Part shown: one piece after another, positions 1 through 12,116 of the stretch
How the letters are laid out: each line of letters opens with the position of its first letter
Numbering within the stretch: position 1 is the first letter of the stretch
Source of the DNA: Takakia lepidozioides
Taxonomy: Eukaryota; Plantae; Bryophyta
DNA length: 64,000 nucleotides
Reading direction: 5' to 3'
Assembly (NCBI GenBank): GCA_030704615.1
Contig: CM060731.1
Span: 93,992,001-94,056,000 of the forward strand
Notes under the pieces: generated by a model
What the model was told of the DNA's origin: nothing
The model's input: only the letters and a program-made list of their open reading frames with translations
Databases searched by the model: none
Translations under genes and position numbers: made by a program

Positions 1-90
1 GTCACGAACAATCCCACACACGGGGTAGGGCAGCGGGTTTGAACCCCGAACCACCGGGGCGACACACTGTGCACCTCCAGCCGATGTGCT
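1..90 (-). other. Possible tRNA-derived (SINE-like) Pol III head, truncated by the window edge
   Basis: Reverse strand reads gcacatcggctggagg...ggggttcaaaccc, resembling A-box and B-box (GGTTCRANCC). No complete cloverleaf recognised. Confidence 0.25.
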
Positions 91-1917
91 TTTCTCAAAT
101 CTTTTGCACTTTGATTTAAAAAATAATAATTCATTCTAGTGGTTAGAGACTCCGACATTTTTTCAAAATATAAATATTGATATATTATATATATAACCAG
201 AAAAGCATGTGTCGACACGTGCAGTCATGTAGTGATTCATCCATGTGATGATATGGCAGAATGCATTAGAGTGAGAGTCATAAAGTCATATGTCCGTCTA
301 GCAATTTGTACACGTCATTCCAGTGTAGGTATGACCGTGACTGGTAGTCATATCTGTCATGCCAATATTCGTGGTCAAACATGTTTGACCTGTGTTGCGC
401 AGAGTCCGGAGTCATGCAATCGCATATACGCCTTCCCCGGACCTGCGTTATGACTTCAAAAGGCATCTACGACTTCAAATGGCATTTCTGCCACAAATAT
501 GTCATGACTGCGCAGCCATGGGAGTCCTAAAAGCCGCAATCTGTTGTAGTGATTCAGTGCTAAGCTCCTACTTCAGATGTACTAAGGAGATCTTGCAATT
601 TCCAGCAGAGAGTAGAGGGATCAGTTCAAGACAAAGGCTTAAATCAGTCTCAAGTTTGTGACTCCCATTTTCCTCCCCTGCTGATTTGAAGGGGTTCCAG
701 AGAGGAAGCATCTGGGGAACTTTCATGCTGGTGTAGTTTGTAAATCAAGAATCGATAATCTTGTCGACTAGCTGAATTCACGCTGCTGGATGTATAAATT
801 TGACCAAAAATAATTGAGAGTGGGAGAGAGAGGGAGAGCAAGAAGATGAGACTGAGTGCTAGATCTACATGTCGTTTACTGCATTCCTTGCAGTATGAGA
901 CAATCAAAGGATTACAAGTCCAATAATATGGAACGCATGTGTATTATATGTTACACAATCGCCAAGTTCAAATCTTTGGTACATAAAACCTCAACTAAGC
1001 AGTCTGAATTGCCCACATAATTGGGCCCCTTACTAATCTCTGCAGTATCCTAGCCAGCACAGTAATAATGAATGGTATTACACCCTTCTAGTAATCATGA
1101 AAGAGTACGTTCACCAACATGTCAGGTTACACGCAATCGTCCTCCTACAACTACAGTAAGATTGATTGGAAGTGAAGACTGGAAAGAAGAGAGACCCATC
1201 CATGGATTGGTCACTTCCTCCCTCAGTTAGAAGCTGAAGACTCCTCTGCAGCTTTAAACAAGACCTCCCACCTCGAGTGATCCTTCCGTGGGCCATCTCC
1301 CTGGAAGCCCCACACCACACACTTAGAAGGAATTGACATTGAACATCTTCTCCTGCCAAATGTGTCATGGTAGGTGCATGAACTGGAAGTATTTTTCACC
1401 GAATTGAACAAAGTTGTAGTTATTTCAATGTACCAGCCCCATTTTCAATGGGGTTCTAGAACCCAACACTGATCTTCCATATCATCACCACTTGGTTTTC
1501 CAGGGTAGCAGTACGTGCGGATGCAGCAGATAACATGACCAAAGTTCAGGTGAAGATGAAGGATCAATTTGATAAAGGTAAATTGGAAACTTTTAAGACG
1601 GGTGATTTGGTTCTGTGGTTGCAGAAGAAGGGAAAGATTAAAGCTTCTAAGCTTAAGTCACCATGAAAATGATCTTATGTCATACAAAAGATGTATGATA
1701 ACAACACAGCCATGTTACAAACCATTAACAAAGAGATGCTGGGAAGAGTCAATGCCAATAAGTTGAAGGGATACAGTGGTATCCATGACAAACCATTGCA
1801 GCATGATTTGCATATTGAAACACGGAAACAATCACGGGCTGCACCGATGATACCAACGGAGCATGAAGCACTTGTCGTAAAGCCGAATGGGTATGGCCTG
1901 AGCGGAAAACACGCTGT

Positions 1918-2150
1918 TATCACAACCCATCACAGCATCACACAACCTATCACAGCCCATCACAACATCACACAACCTATCACAGCCCATCACATCATCA
2001 CACAGCCTATCACAACCCATCACAGCATCACACAACCTATCACAGCCCATCACATCATCACACAGCCTATCACAACCCATCACAGCATCACACAGCCTAT
2101 CCCAGTTTACCACAGTTTGACACAACCTATCACAGCCCAACACAGCCTAC
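1918..2150 (+). repeat. 30-bp tandem minisatellite (cacagcccatcacaacatcacacaacctat)n downstream of integrase
   Basis: About 8 units visible directly; translates as ITAHHxITQP repeats. Confidence 0.95.
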
Positions 2151-2718
2151 GCGGGTTGCATAGTCCATAGGGTCAGTGATAAATGGACGCGGGTTAACGT
2201 CCGAAAAGTGGCCGGCAAGTGAAAGGACAGCTTGGAAGTCAAACTCGGAGAATGTGCCACGCGGACAAGGGAAGACGGGAGCATGTTTAAAATCAAACAC
2301 ATGGCCACTAGGGTGAAGCACACCGCGGTACATATATTGCAAAAGTGGGTGTCGTCATGCAAGAGGACAAACTGGGCCGTCAAAGTACCTACCTGGTACA
2401 TCAGCCAAAACTAATTGTGGGCCCATTAATGCATTCAGGGCAAAGGTAACGGAACCCTTTACGTGTATAGCAAAGGGAGACCTTTGCCACATGTGTTGTC
2501 CTAGTGGGCATTCCAGGTGGGAATGTGACCGGATAGGGGTAGAATTAAGAAGTTACCCGAGGAGGCAACAGCCAATCAGGAGCGAGAATTTCATGCAGGT
2601 GGTTCCCTCCAAGAAACAAGAACAAGAAATTAGAAGAGTTATGAGCGGAAGAGTCGGGGTGGCTCCGATTAACCAGCGTCTCGACGGGGGGAGCAATCAA
2701 AGCTATAGCTTTGTAGCT

Positions 2719-5337
2719 ATGGCGGATATTACAGACTATACGTTAGCTTTACTTCTCACGCAGTGGCACAAGGACGGGCGGGTTGAAAGGACATTTTCTC
2801 TCACTCAATATTTGCAAGCCCAACAGGCTTACACTCACTTACCCATTCCTTTCTGTGCCAACCATACCTTTATACTCTATGCCCTACAAGCTTTCCTACA
2901 GCTATTTCAAACAAGGCCTTCTTGTTTGTCTGGGATGAAGAGAGTTAGGGGAATGGAGGATATCCGGGTGAAGAGCACCACAATTCTGCAAAAGCAAACA
3001 ATTGCTACACCACAGGCAGTGCAGCTGCTAAAGGAGTTGCGATTGGAAGGGCTGCTACGCAAGGAATGGTCCTTGCATCATCAGAAGTATATGATTCAAT
3101 TTATTCAGAACTTTGAGCCTCGGACAGGAGTTACACAGGTGAGGGGAGTAGATATAGAGATTACTCCCCAGTACTTGCAGCAACTATTTGAATTGCCATC
3201 TGGGCATGTGAATGTGGATGAACACAGGGCAAGATTGCAAATGGTCAATTTGTTCCAAGAAGCGAGTTTCTTTAAGACTCAAGGATACACCTGCACCAAG
3301 GCCGAGTACCCAGGGCTAAGAGAAGTTGGCCAAATACTGAACGTTTTGTTTGCTATGAAACAGAACCAACAGTACCTTAGCAGATCATTCACGGAGGAGA
3401 TACTCAAAGCCTTGAGGGGAGAGGATGTGGCTTGGGCGGAGTTGATGTACAATGGTCTGGTAGAAGAGATGAAGCAGTTACAGGGCACTGTTGCTAAGTC
3501 TCCAATCATAGTGTCTGGCCCAATAATTGCGCAAATTATCCTTGATTCTTGCATACTTGATGTGCGAGAACGCAAGGAGATGGGAGTGTTTGAGACAGTC
3601 ACAACTGCGATTGAGGAGCAGGGCTCTTCACATGGTGAAGGAGGATTGGAGGGGCAGCACCAGTCCAAGAGGCAGAAGCGGGACATGACTATAGTGGCAG
3701 ATCCACTAGCTTCAAGGAAACCGCGAAATTATGATGTTTCCATAGCTCTTGTGCAGGATGGGGAACAGCAGCACAGAGGGCTGTTATTACTGGAAGCACG
3801 GCCTTTGGAGAGGGAAGAAGAAGTCACTTTGGTACCACAGCCATCACAGCCAATTGACTCGGTTGTCTCAGAGGTCCCTCAGTTAGTACATGTTGTTGCA
3901 CCAGAGCCTATTGCTCTGGAAGGAGAAGGGTTGGACATTCCCACTACAGAGCAGGTAGTGGCAGAAATTGAGAATGGTGACCTTCTCTATGAAAACTCTG
4001 GCTTGGTCAAGGAACCAGTGGTACCAGAGGTGCAGAGTTTGTCCAAGGAAACCCCTACTGTGCATGTGATACCCGAACCTGTGGAGGAGGTTCCAGGGGT
4101 AGGATGTAAGGGCACTGCAGCACCTATGGAGAATGAGGTCATAGAGGAAGAAGATCTTGTGGGAACATGGCCTGAATGGTTGGTGAAACATCACACTATG
4201 GAGAATCAGGGGGACTATCAACAAGTTTCCCATGAAGACCCACAGCAAGCCATGCTTATGAGTTCCATAAGCAGGACACTCAATTTGTTGGGCACATATG
4301 TGAAATCCCATGTTCCATCTACACAATTGGCAACTTTGAGGGAGGAACTCAAGCAGGAGTTTGAGGCTAGAATTGCCACTGAGTGTGCAAACAAGGTGGA
4401 TGTGGAGGCCAACCTCAAGTTGCAGAAAGAGTTGGAGGACACGAAGGCTGCCCTGCAGCTAGCAAAGGGGAATCTGATTGAAGCGGGTCTGGAGCAGGAG
4501 AAGTTGCATGAAGCACATAAGCAACAGCTATACCAATTGCAGGTGAAGCATGAGGGCAAGTTGCAGGAAGTGAATGTGCTCCATACAGAGTTGGAGGCAG
4601 TTCATCAGAAAATGACCATCCAATGTGCCACACTGACAACCGCTCTGAACCAAATTGCATTAGAAGTTAACAGACAAGCAGAGAGGTGTATGATGGCAGA
4701 GGCTGAGATAGTGAGCAAGGGAAACTCATTGCTGATTTGAGGGCTACAATCTGTCGCAATGAGGTTACTTTCCAACAAAACAGTCAGGTTGAGGCTGAGA
4801 AGGAAAGGTACATCCTGAAGTTGCAGCAAACACTCACGGGCCAAAATAATGAACTCTTTGTGGCTAACAAGGCTTGGAAAGAAGTCAATAATCTGACTGC
4901 TGCCTATGCCGCCCTGGTTGAACCGCATGCGAAGCGCATGGAGGCTTTACAGCAGTAGTTAGATTTGTACAGACTCAAGGAGGAGCAGGCTCTCAGGGGT
5001 GCTACGCAGGACTTGGTGAATAATCATCTTATGCAAGTATGGTTAACACAAGGGCCGGTGGAAGGAAAGGCACCAAGAAAGCTCACCCAAGGGGAGATGA
5101 ATGATCTCAGATTGCAGGTGCAGAACATTGCCACACCAACTATAGACAATGTCTACAGTAGGATAGCGGAGTTACAGGATGATGTGGAAGGGCTGCAGAC
5201 TCAAGTGGATGACTTGAGTTCCAACATTGATAAAAGAGTCTTTGTTCCTGAGGAGTAGCTGGTGGCTACTTATTTGCATGCCACGACTCTGATTTTTCAG
5301 TCTTCTTCACAGGAGGTGCAGGAGTTGCCGGTAGTAG
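2719..5337 (+). pseudogene. Disrupted 3' extra ORF of the Gypsy element (N-terminal plant-transposon/env-like domain plus coiled coil)
   Basis: ORFs 2491-4740, 4737-4958 and 4965-5258 are collinear with 25570-29338 and are broken by a frameshift and TAG stops. Confidence 0.85.
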
Positions 5338-7367
5338 GAGGGACAGTGGCAGCAATATCACACACTTCTCAAGTCCTTCCGAAGCCCCTTCCCGGTGATA
5401 TTGATATAGGGGAGACTTCCGACAAGGAGCTGGACTCTGACTTTGCCTGTGAGGAAGCTCAACCTGTGGATGCTTGCATTGTTGTTTCAATACCTAGAAT
5501 CACTGTTCTTAAGGCAGAGTGCACATGGGAGACATCCTCTTCGTTGGACTTGTGCATTGCATCATTGTATTCAAAATGCAATTTTGTCGACTTGTGTAGG
5601 AGTTCGCGTGCTTCCACTGACAATCCAGGGCTATCACACCTTTTTGGACTTCCTCAGTCTTACGTGCTACCCGTCTATGCAGAGGCACTCGCAGCAAGCA
5701 TGTCTGTTCATGGCACTCGCAGTCCAAACATCGACGGCCGTGGTAGAAGACGTGGTGTTGGGGTCGGAATCTTTGTGGATGACATAGCAGAGGAGGTCGA
5801 TATTGATTCTGATGACTGTGACACTTGATATGAAGTTTTCGGGGCCAATTTTGAAATGGGATGGTTGTGTGTCCTTGTTGTCTTGTTTGCAATGTCTGCG
5901 TGCGATGCAAATTCATGGGAACAAACTATCATTGGAGATGGGGGTTGCATGGACTGCCTGGATTGTTCCTTCAATCTATTTAGTGTTTTGCAAAGCTCAC
6001 AGGCTTGTGTGCATTGCAAAAACAAACAAACATCCTTGGTTTGGGTAGAGCATTCTCGCATCATTTGCTCGTTGGTCTCCAAACCATTCCTGCCAGAAGA
6101 ATGCTTGATAAATCCATCACCGTTAAAGTCCACGTGATCAAAGATCGTTCAAGCATTCTTCTGGTGAGCATCCATGATGCTCCCGCACATACCTGGCATG
6201 TTCGCAAGGGTGGTGAGTAAGAAAACATTTCGCAGGGATCCGCTTTGGATGATGTGAGTGTGCACCTGCTCACGACGTAGCCACATTCCAATGCAGGGGC
6301 TTGGTATGTTGATAACGTCTAAATGGATGCAATGGATAGAAATGATGGATACAATGGATGTAGCACATCCAGTCTGCATTCCCTGGAAAGGGCTGATCAA
6401 CCCGCGGTAATAGGTGATCAACCCGCGCACCTGGCCCTGTATGCATGCTGTCGTGGCGTGAGCCTGTGCTGGGCTCACGGTTTCCTGGGCTCACAGGCTC
6501 ATGCCTCCGGGCTCACGGAATAGCACCCCCCTCTCTAATCCCCCTTTCCACAAGGTAACCGGGTAGAGAACCTGTTGCGGATCCTACACACCGTTGGGGG
6601 AAACCGAAGAGGCGGCGACCTCCCTCAAAAGTGAACGAGACAAGGATGGGGAATGCACTTCGGATGAACTGTACAATCCAGAGCTCAACAGAAGTGCCCC
6701 CACCAGGCTTTGGGCGTGTGTATCAGATGGCCATGACAGGCTCACCTGTCCACAATGAGGTGTACACCATCACCATTCAGAATTACCCACATGCAATTGC
6801 ACTGACTTCCAGATCATGGCGAAGAAGGGGGCCCTTGCAAGCATCTGTACTACGTGTACCTAAAGAGACTCCGGTGTAATTCCACAACTCATCACTTCAT
6901 ACATGCACCAGGGTTGAACCCCCAAGAGGTGTACACTCTTCTCAATATGGATCCAGGGGATCAGTGAGCTTGGTTTGCGGGCCACAACAAAATGTTATGC
7001 CCATCCTTTTCGGAGTTTCAGTTATAGTAGAAGTGTACTGCTGCAAGTACCTCTGACTCTGGCCACAGAAAGGTTCGACTTATGTCTTGCCTACCAGTAA
7101 CCTGTTTTGCTCGAACTAAGATAATACTATGTCATTCACTTCTGTTTCCACGTGCTTGTATTTTTGTTTGTTGGAGGGTTCCTGTTTTTCTGCTCTCCCA
7201 AACTTTACTTTCCTCATTCGACCCCCGGCAAGGAAATGCGGCGCCGCATTTCCAAGTAACGTCGTAGGTATTGGTAGTTGTGGCCTTTGTCATAGTAAGA
7301 TAGTCGTACCGAGCCGACCGTCAAGGAGCCGACCGTCGCGCCAGCCAACCTCTCAAAAATCTCACAC

Positions 7368-8940
7368 GCCCGGATGGCATGCATCTGCATTTCTGTGTAT
7401 CTTGGCAGCAGAAGGCCAGGTTGGACCTGCAACAGGGATGACTGTAGATCAAGTGTCTGAGGACCCTGAGGCCAGCAATGAGCAAGGTGGCGCCAAAGAC
7501 ATACATGAGGATTCAGCTGTGTTGGACTACCTCCGCACTGGAGACACGGCAGCGACTGTGACTGCCAAGGAGAGGGATCGGATCCTACAACGAGCCAAGA
7601 GGTTCAAGTGGGAGGGGACACACCTGCTCCGAGTGTGGGAAGATGGTCGAGTGAGGATTGTGCCTCACCCAACCCAGCGGGCACGGTTAGTGCGGCATGC
7701 CCATGAGGAGTTGGGGCATTTTGGGGTGCGACGCACTCATAGTCTACTACAGGGGCAGTATTGGTGGCGTGGTATGCACACAGAGGTGCAACAATTTGTG
7801 GCTAGGTGCAAGGTGTGTGACAGGGTGCGTGCTTCATTCAACGCCCCTACTCCACAATTTCACCCTCTTCCGATCATGGGGTTGGGCTACAGGTGGAGTC
7901 TTGACTTCGCAGGGCCGTTGCCACTGACGATGCCCCACAACAAGTACGTGTTGGTGATGGTGGAGCACTTCTCCAAGTGGATCGAGTTGGTTCCATTGCC
8001 TGATAAGGCTAGTGAGGGAGCTGCGTATGCATTCTTGGATTGTGTACTTAGCCGATTTGGTGCTCCAGCTGAGGTACTCACGGACCAAGGGAGAGAGTTC
8101 TTGGGGGAGTTTCAAGCGTTGTGTGACAAGGCCTTGGTAGACCACTGCACCACTTCTCGGAACCATCCTGAGGCCGATGGCTTGGCAGAGAGGGTTGTTC
8201 AGACAGTGAAGAGGGGTTTGCGCAAGTATGGCTTGCAGAAGGGACACCTAGGAGATTGGGACCTTCAGTTACCTTGGTTAGCCATGGGCTACAGGTTCAG
8301 CAAGCAAGCATCACTTGCCTCCTTCTCACCATACTTTCTTCTCTTTGGCCGAGAGCCGGATTTGCCTGCATCCATTCGTAGAGAAGCTGCTATAGTTCTC
8401 AACCTTGACGATCCGGACATGTAGGCACGTGCATGTGATCAGCGTGCAGAGTTGTTCAAGAAAGTCATGCCCATGGCTTTCGAGAACCTTGCCATTGCAC
8501 AACATCGTGATACGTTGAGGTATGCTACCATACGTGGTGGGGGCTATCGTCCTGGGGTTCGGAGATTTAACCCTGGTGACTATGTTTATCTGCAGCAGAC
8601 TGCTCCTACGACCTTGGATGTGATTGCAGGACGTACTATTTTGAGGGTTCAAGAGGTGTTGCCCTCAGGAGTCCTGATCTTGGAGGGTCGGGATGGCATG
8701 ATTTGGAAGGACCATGTGCGTAATTGCGCGCCATGTCACCTTTCAAATGTTGATGGAAGGGTTGACCCAAACTGGCAGTGGTACCTACAAGTTTGAGGTG
8801 CATGTTATGTGGGTCTGCTAGAGGGGCAGCCACCATGCTGGTGTGTGATCGATGCTCTAGAGGTTGATATATGGGATGTTTGACTCCACCTCTTGAGATG
8901 GTTCCTGATGAGGACTGATTATGTCCGCATTGCATTGGAT
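7368..8940 (+). pseudogene. Ty3/Gypsy integrase (HHCC, D-D-E core) fused to a C-terminal PHD finger; stops and frameshift
   Basis: HEELGHFG...CKVC zinc finger, WSLDFAG, VLTDQGREF, GLAERVVQ. Region 8799-8933 reads CMLC..MLVCDRC..G*YMGCL.PPL..VP..D*LCPHC, the PHD C4HC3 pattern with two Trp codons turned to TGA. Confidence 0.9.
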
Positions 8941-9191
8941 AGTGGGAGTGGATACAACCATGGAAGGCTAACAAGAAATGCAAGGCCAAGCTACTAGGAG
9001 ACCTTGAACACACGAGATCTTGGCTCAAGTTCACAGATTGCAAGACGGCGACTAACGATGGGGCTACTCTTGTACCCGGCCTCTTGGTCTATAGAGTTTG
9101 AGTACAACAGGGACAGTGATAGAGGACTTAGTACGGCTGTGGCTATTACATCTTGTAGTTATCTGGAGTTAGAGAGACCTATCCACCAGCT

Positions 9192-9727
9192 AGGGGGGGC
9201 GATTGTGGCAGACTACTTTATTGTGCATATATGTGTGGTATGGTTTGGACAGCGATGTAGTTGTGTAGCGATATGTATGCGCACGACAGCTGTCAAGTTA
9301 AATAAACACAGTGTGAAACTAACTAGAATAAAGCTAGTTATTTGTATTTAACACTTGGATTTAGTTCAAGTGTTAAGTCAGGTGTCAAGTTTAGTTTGAC
9401 ACCTGAACCGTCTTATCTTCACGAGAGTGTCAGTCGTGCGGCTCATCTCTCTCGAGTTGAGCCTGCACGACCGAGCTCCTTCATCGTACAGAATCTGAGT
9501 GTGCTTATGAAGGGAGGATAGGTTGTTGTGGGGTGGAGTCCCCATAGCTTGGGGTGCCCCTGGCTTGACTACTATTTTAAAGAGTGATGGTGTTGGATTT
9601 CATGTTTCTTGTGTGAACAGTGTGTTTTAGTTTTCTATCTATTGTGGCAGACTACTTTATTGTGCATATATGTGTGGTGTGGTTTGGACAGCGATGTAGT
9701 TGTGTAGCGATATGTATGCGCACGACA
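9192..9727 (+). repeat. Polypurine tract and 3' LTR (TG...CA) of the integrase-PHD Gypsy element, with an 85-bp direct repeat at both LTR ends
   Basis: agggggggcga precedes TGTGGCAGAC at 9204. Segments 9204-9288 and 9643-9727 are near-identical and end in GCACGACA. Confidence 0.7.
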
Positions 9728-9742
9728 AATTTTTGAAAAATG

Positions 9743-9990
9743 CAGCGACCGCCATTTGGCGGTCGCTTACTTAATATATTTTTTTAAATGAAGTGACCGC
9801 CATTTAGCGGCGGTCGCTTATTTATATGAATTAAACGACCACCAGTAGCCGGTCGTTTATTTAATATATTTAAAAAAAAACAGCGACCGTCATGTGGCGG
9901 TCGCTCTTTTTGTTTTTATAAATATAGCGACCGCTGCATGGCGGTCGCGTGTTTTTTGTTTTCTTAGAAATCCAGGGACCCGCCGTGTGG
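9743..9990. repeat. Left subterminal repeat array: GCGACCGCC-N4/5-GGCGGTCGC palindromes separated by AT-rich spacers
   Basis: About 5-6 degenerate units, e.g. cagcgaccgccatttggcggtcgct; same motif as 46886-48925. Confidence 0.9.
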
Positions 9991-10029
9991 TGTTTTTTTT
10001 AAATTTTTTAATCATGAAGCGCCTTCTGG

Positions 10030-10258
10030 CCAGCCACGTGGCGAGGTGCCACGGGTCAGGAAAAACGAAACAAATGGGATGGGGGGAGGTGGTTTTGAAC
10101 CCTTGACCTCTCCCATGTGGGTGCGCGTGGCGAGGTGTGACTGGCTAGTCGCGCCGCACTGACACGTGGCGAGGCGTCACTGGCCTGTCGCGCCTTTTCA
10201 AGCATAATGCCATTTTTTTTTTTTGGGGGGGGGGGGCTGGTGGGCGCCTATATAAACC
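10030..10258 (+). promoter_or_regulatory. Putative promoter (G-box CACGTGGC copies and TATA box) driving the kinase gene
   Basis: gccacgtggc, gacacgtggc and cctatataaacc (about 10247-10258), followed by a pyrimidine-rich leader and ATG at 10574. Confidence 0.5.
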
Positions 10259-10573
10259 ATTCCCCCCTCCTTTTCTGATCACTTTTGCCCTCTCGTGGTG
10301 CGGTTCTTTGGCATCCTGTAGTCCTTTCGGACTTCGTTGCTTGGCACTGCCAACGGGAGGTGCAAAGGTGATTATTTGGGGGGGGAGGTTTTGTTGATTT
10401 TCTATTGGTCAGTCCCACACACTTGTTCACGGTTCAATCATCGTATCACCATTTTGCCGTTTTCGGATCTCCGGCGGCCTGTTTTTTTGCAGAAAACTAC
10501 GAAGACACCATCCACACGCGTTCATTGCCGTTTTCTGAGGTTTTGGACCCTGTAGTGTGTAAAGGTTTATACA

Positions 10574-12033
10574 ATGTCGGGGGTTGTGAATTCAAGTTCT
10601 AGGGCGGGGTCGTCTCGGGGGCGGAGGAAGAGAAAACGTGCCCACGAGCGGGATAGCCAGGTCAACAAACCAGACTACCCGGGACCGGATGCCTTGGATA
10701 GGGTGAAAGAAGTGGTAGTGGATTATTTCAAGGGCAGGGACATGATGAGGCTGAAGAGTGCTTATGTCAGGCATGGATGGGAGGGGTTTCAGATTTTTCA
10801 GTAAAATATGGAGAGGAAAATGACAAACGCTTTGGCGGGGGCTAAGTGGACGGCGGACAGGGACAAGCCGAAGTTCAATCAGTGGATCCAAAGCAGGGCG
10901 AAAGACGCCACGTGGAATTTGAGGCAGCTAATGAAGACATGGAAGGGTAGAACAACCAAGGGTCGAGTGTCCTTCGCCGAAGCTGAGTTAATGCGGCGTA
11001 TTGAGTATTGGGCTTGCTCGGCAAGTCAGAATTCACATCGTCGGACTAGGGTTGTCTCTTGGAAGGCGGGGTCATCGGGCGGGGGAGGCACAACTGGTCT
11101 TTATTACCTGAACTCTACTGCGAAGGTGGTAGAGATTGGCCCTTACAAAGAATGAGGGTATGCTAAGGTCCGTCAGTGAAGGATTGTTGGCGATTCTAGA
11201 ATACCGGAGCGTTGGGAGCTAGCGGGAAAAAACCCAAGTCCAAAAATCCAGAAAAGGCGTTGAGACAACATAACGACGAGTGTTTGACAGTGAAAATCCA
11301 GCATCCGGGTGTTATCTCATATTTTGCTGTGAATGCACGTGAGGTAGAGGTTACACTCGCTGGTGGAATGGGGGGACAATACGCGACATGATGAACCTTG
11401 ACAGAAAATGGGGCAACGATTTGGACAACGGGGTGATTTTGAAACAAAGGGGAACAGAAGTAGAGTTCCAGGAATGCGATCGCTTGCTTCGTTTCCGGAA
11501 AGTGAGCAGTAAACTTGCATGGGCACTGGTGTGCATCATGGATGTTGTCCACAAGAACGGTGTCCTGCACAACGACTTGTCCCCCGACAACATCTTGTTG
11601 CATTTTCCAGATGGCACCGAGGAGATTAAGATTAGGGTGTGTGATTGGGGTTTAGCCACCCCATTGGGCATACGCAAAGCCTCGTTGTACTAGTTTGAAA
11701 ACCAAGACAAGCTGGACCGGGAACTCGCGAAAAGATGGTGGGTGGAAAAAGATATTGCATCGGTTTTCAATGCGAACCCCCACCCCCCCTCCCCAGGACA
11801 TGACATCATAGGCCTTTGCCGTTGGGAAGATAGCGGTACGGATAAATGACGGCGCTCATTATGATCAAAGTATATTCGAGGACCAATTTACGGGAGGTTG
11901 TTGGCATTCAATGCTACAAAGGTTGTACGACAACAACAAGAATGAGAGAGTCACATTAGCCCATGTAGTACTTCGGTTCATGGGCAAGCCATTCAATTGG
12001 CCTGAGCCGAAAGACGTATATAAGACGGAGTAG
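10574..12033 (+). pseudogene. Protein kinase pseudogene (transposon cargo)
   Basis: Joined frames give a Gly-loop-like E*GYAKV, LAGKKPK, IQHPGVI, WWNGGTI, catalytic loop HNDLSPDNILL and CDWGLA. Several stops and frameshifts. Confidence 0.85.
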
Positions 12034-12116
12034 ACCATAGTCTCGTAGATATGAGATTTCTGGCGGTACAATGGTTCTTTTATGAAGACATAACTCAATT
12101 TTGATCGTGCATGTAA

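Larger units (their letters stand above)
1510..5337 (+). mobile_element. Internal fragment of a Ty3/Gypsy element related to the full-length element at 17036-30405 (integrase C-terminus, tandem repeat, extra ORF)
   Basis: Collinear homology with about 24421-28180, e.g. YDNNTAMLQTINKEMLGRVNANKLKGYSGIHDKPLQHDLH is shared. No LTRs; truncated at both ends. Confidence 0.9.

Noticed and set aside
650-1509. Possible minus-strand PPT and LTR start (agaaggg-TGTAATA near 1083) and short ORFs
   Set aside because: No second LTR, PBS or recognisable protein domain; not supportable.
1691-2170. His/Thr-rich ORF and its antisense Cys-rich ORF (GCDRLCD repeats)
   Set aside because: These are translations of the 30-bp minisatellite, not real repeat proteins.
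5340-6300. EF-hand-like VDFNGDGFI on the minus strand and a weak CACTA-transposase-like LPQSYVLP..AEA on the plus strand
   Set aside because: Isolated short motifs without supporting flanking similarity.
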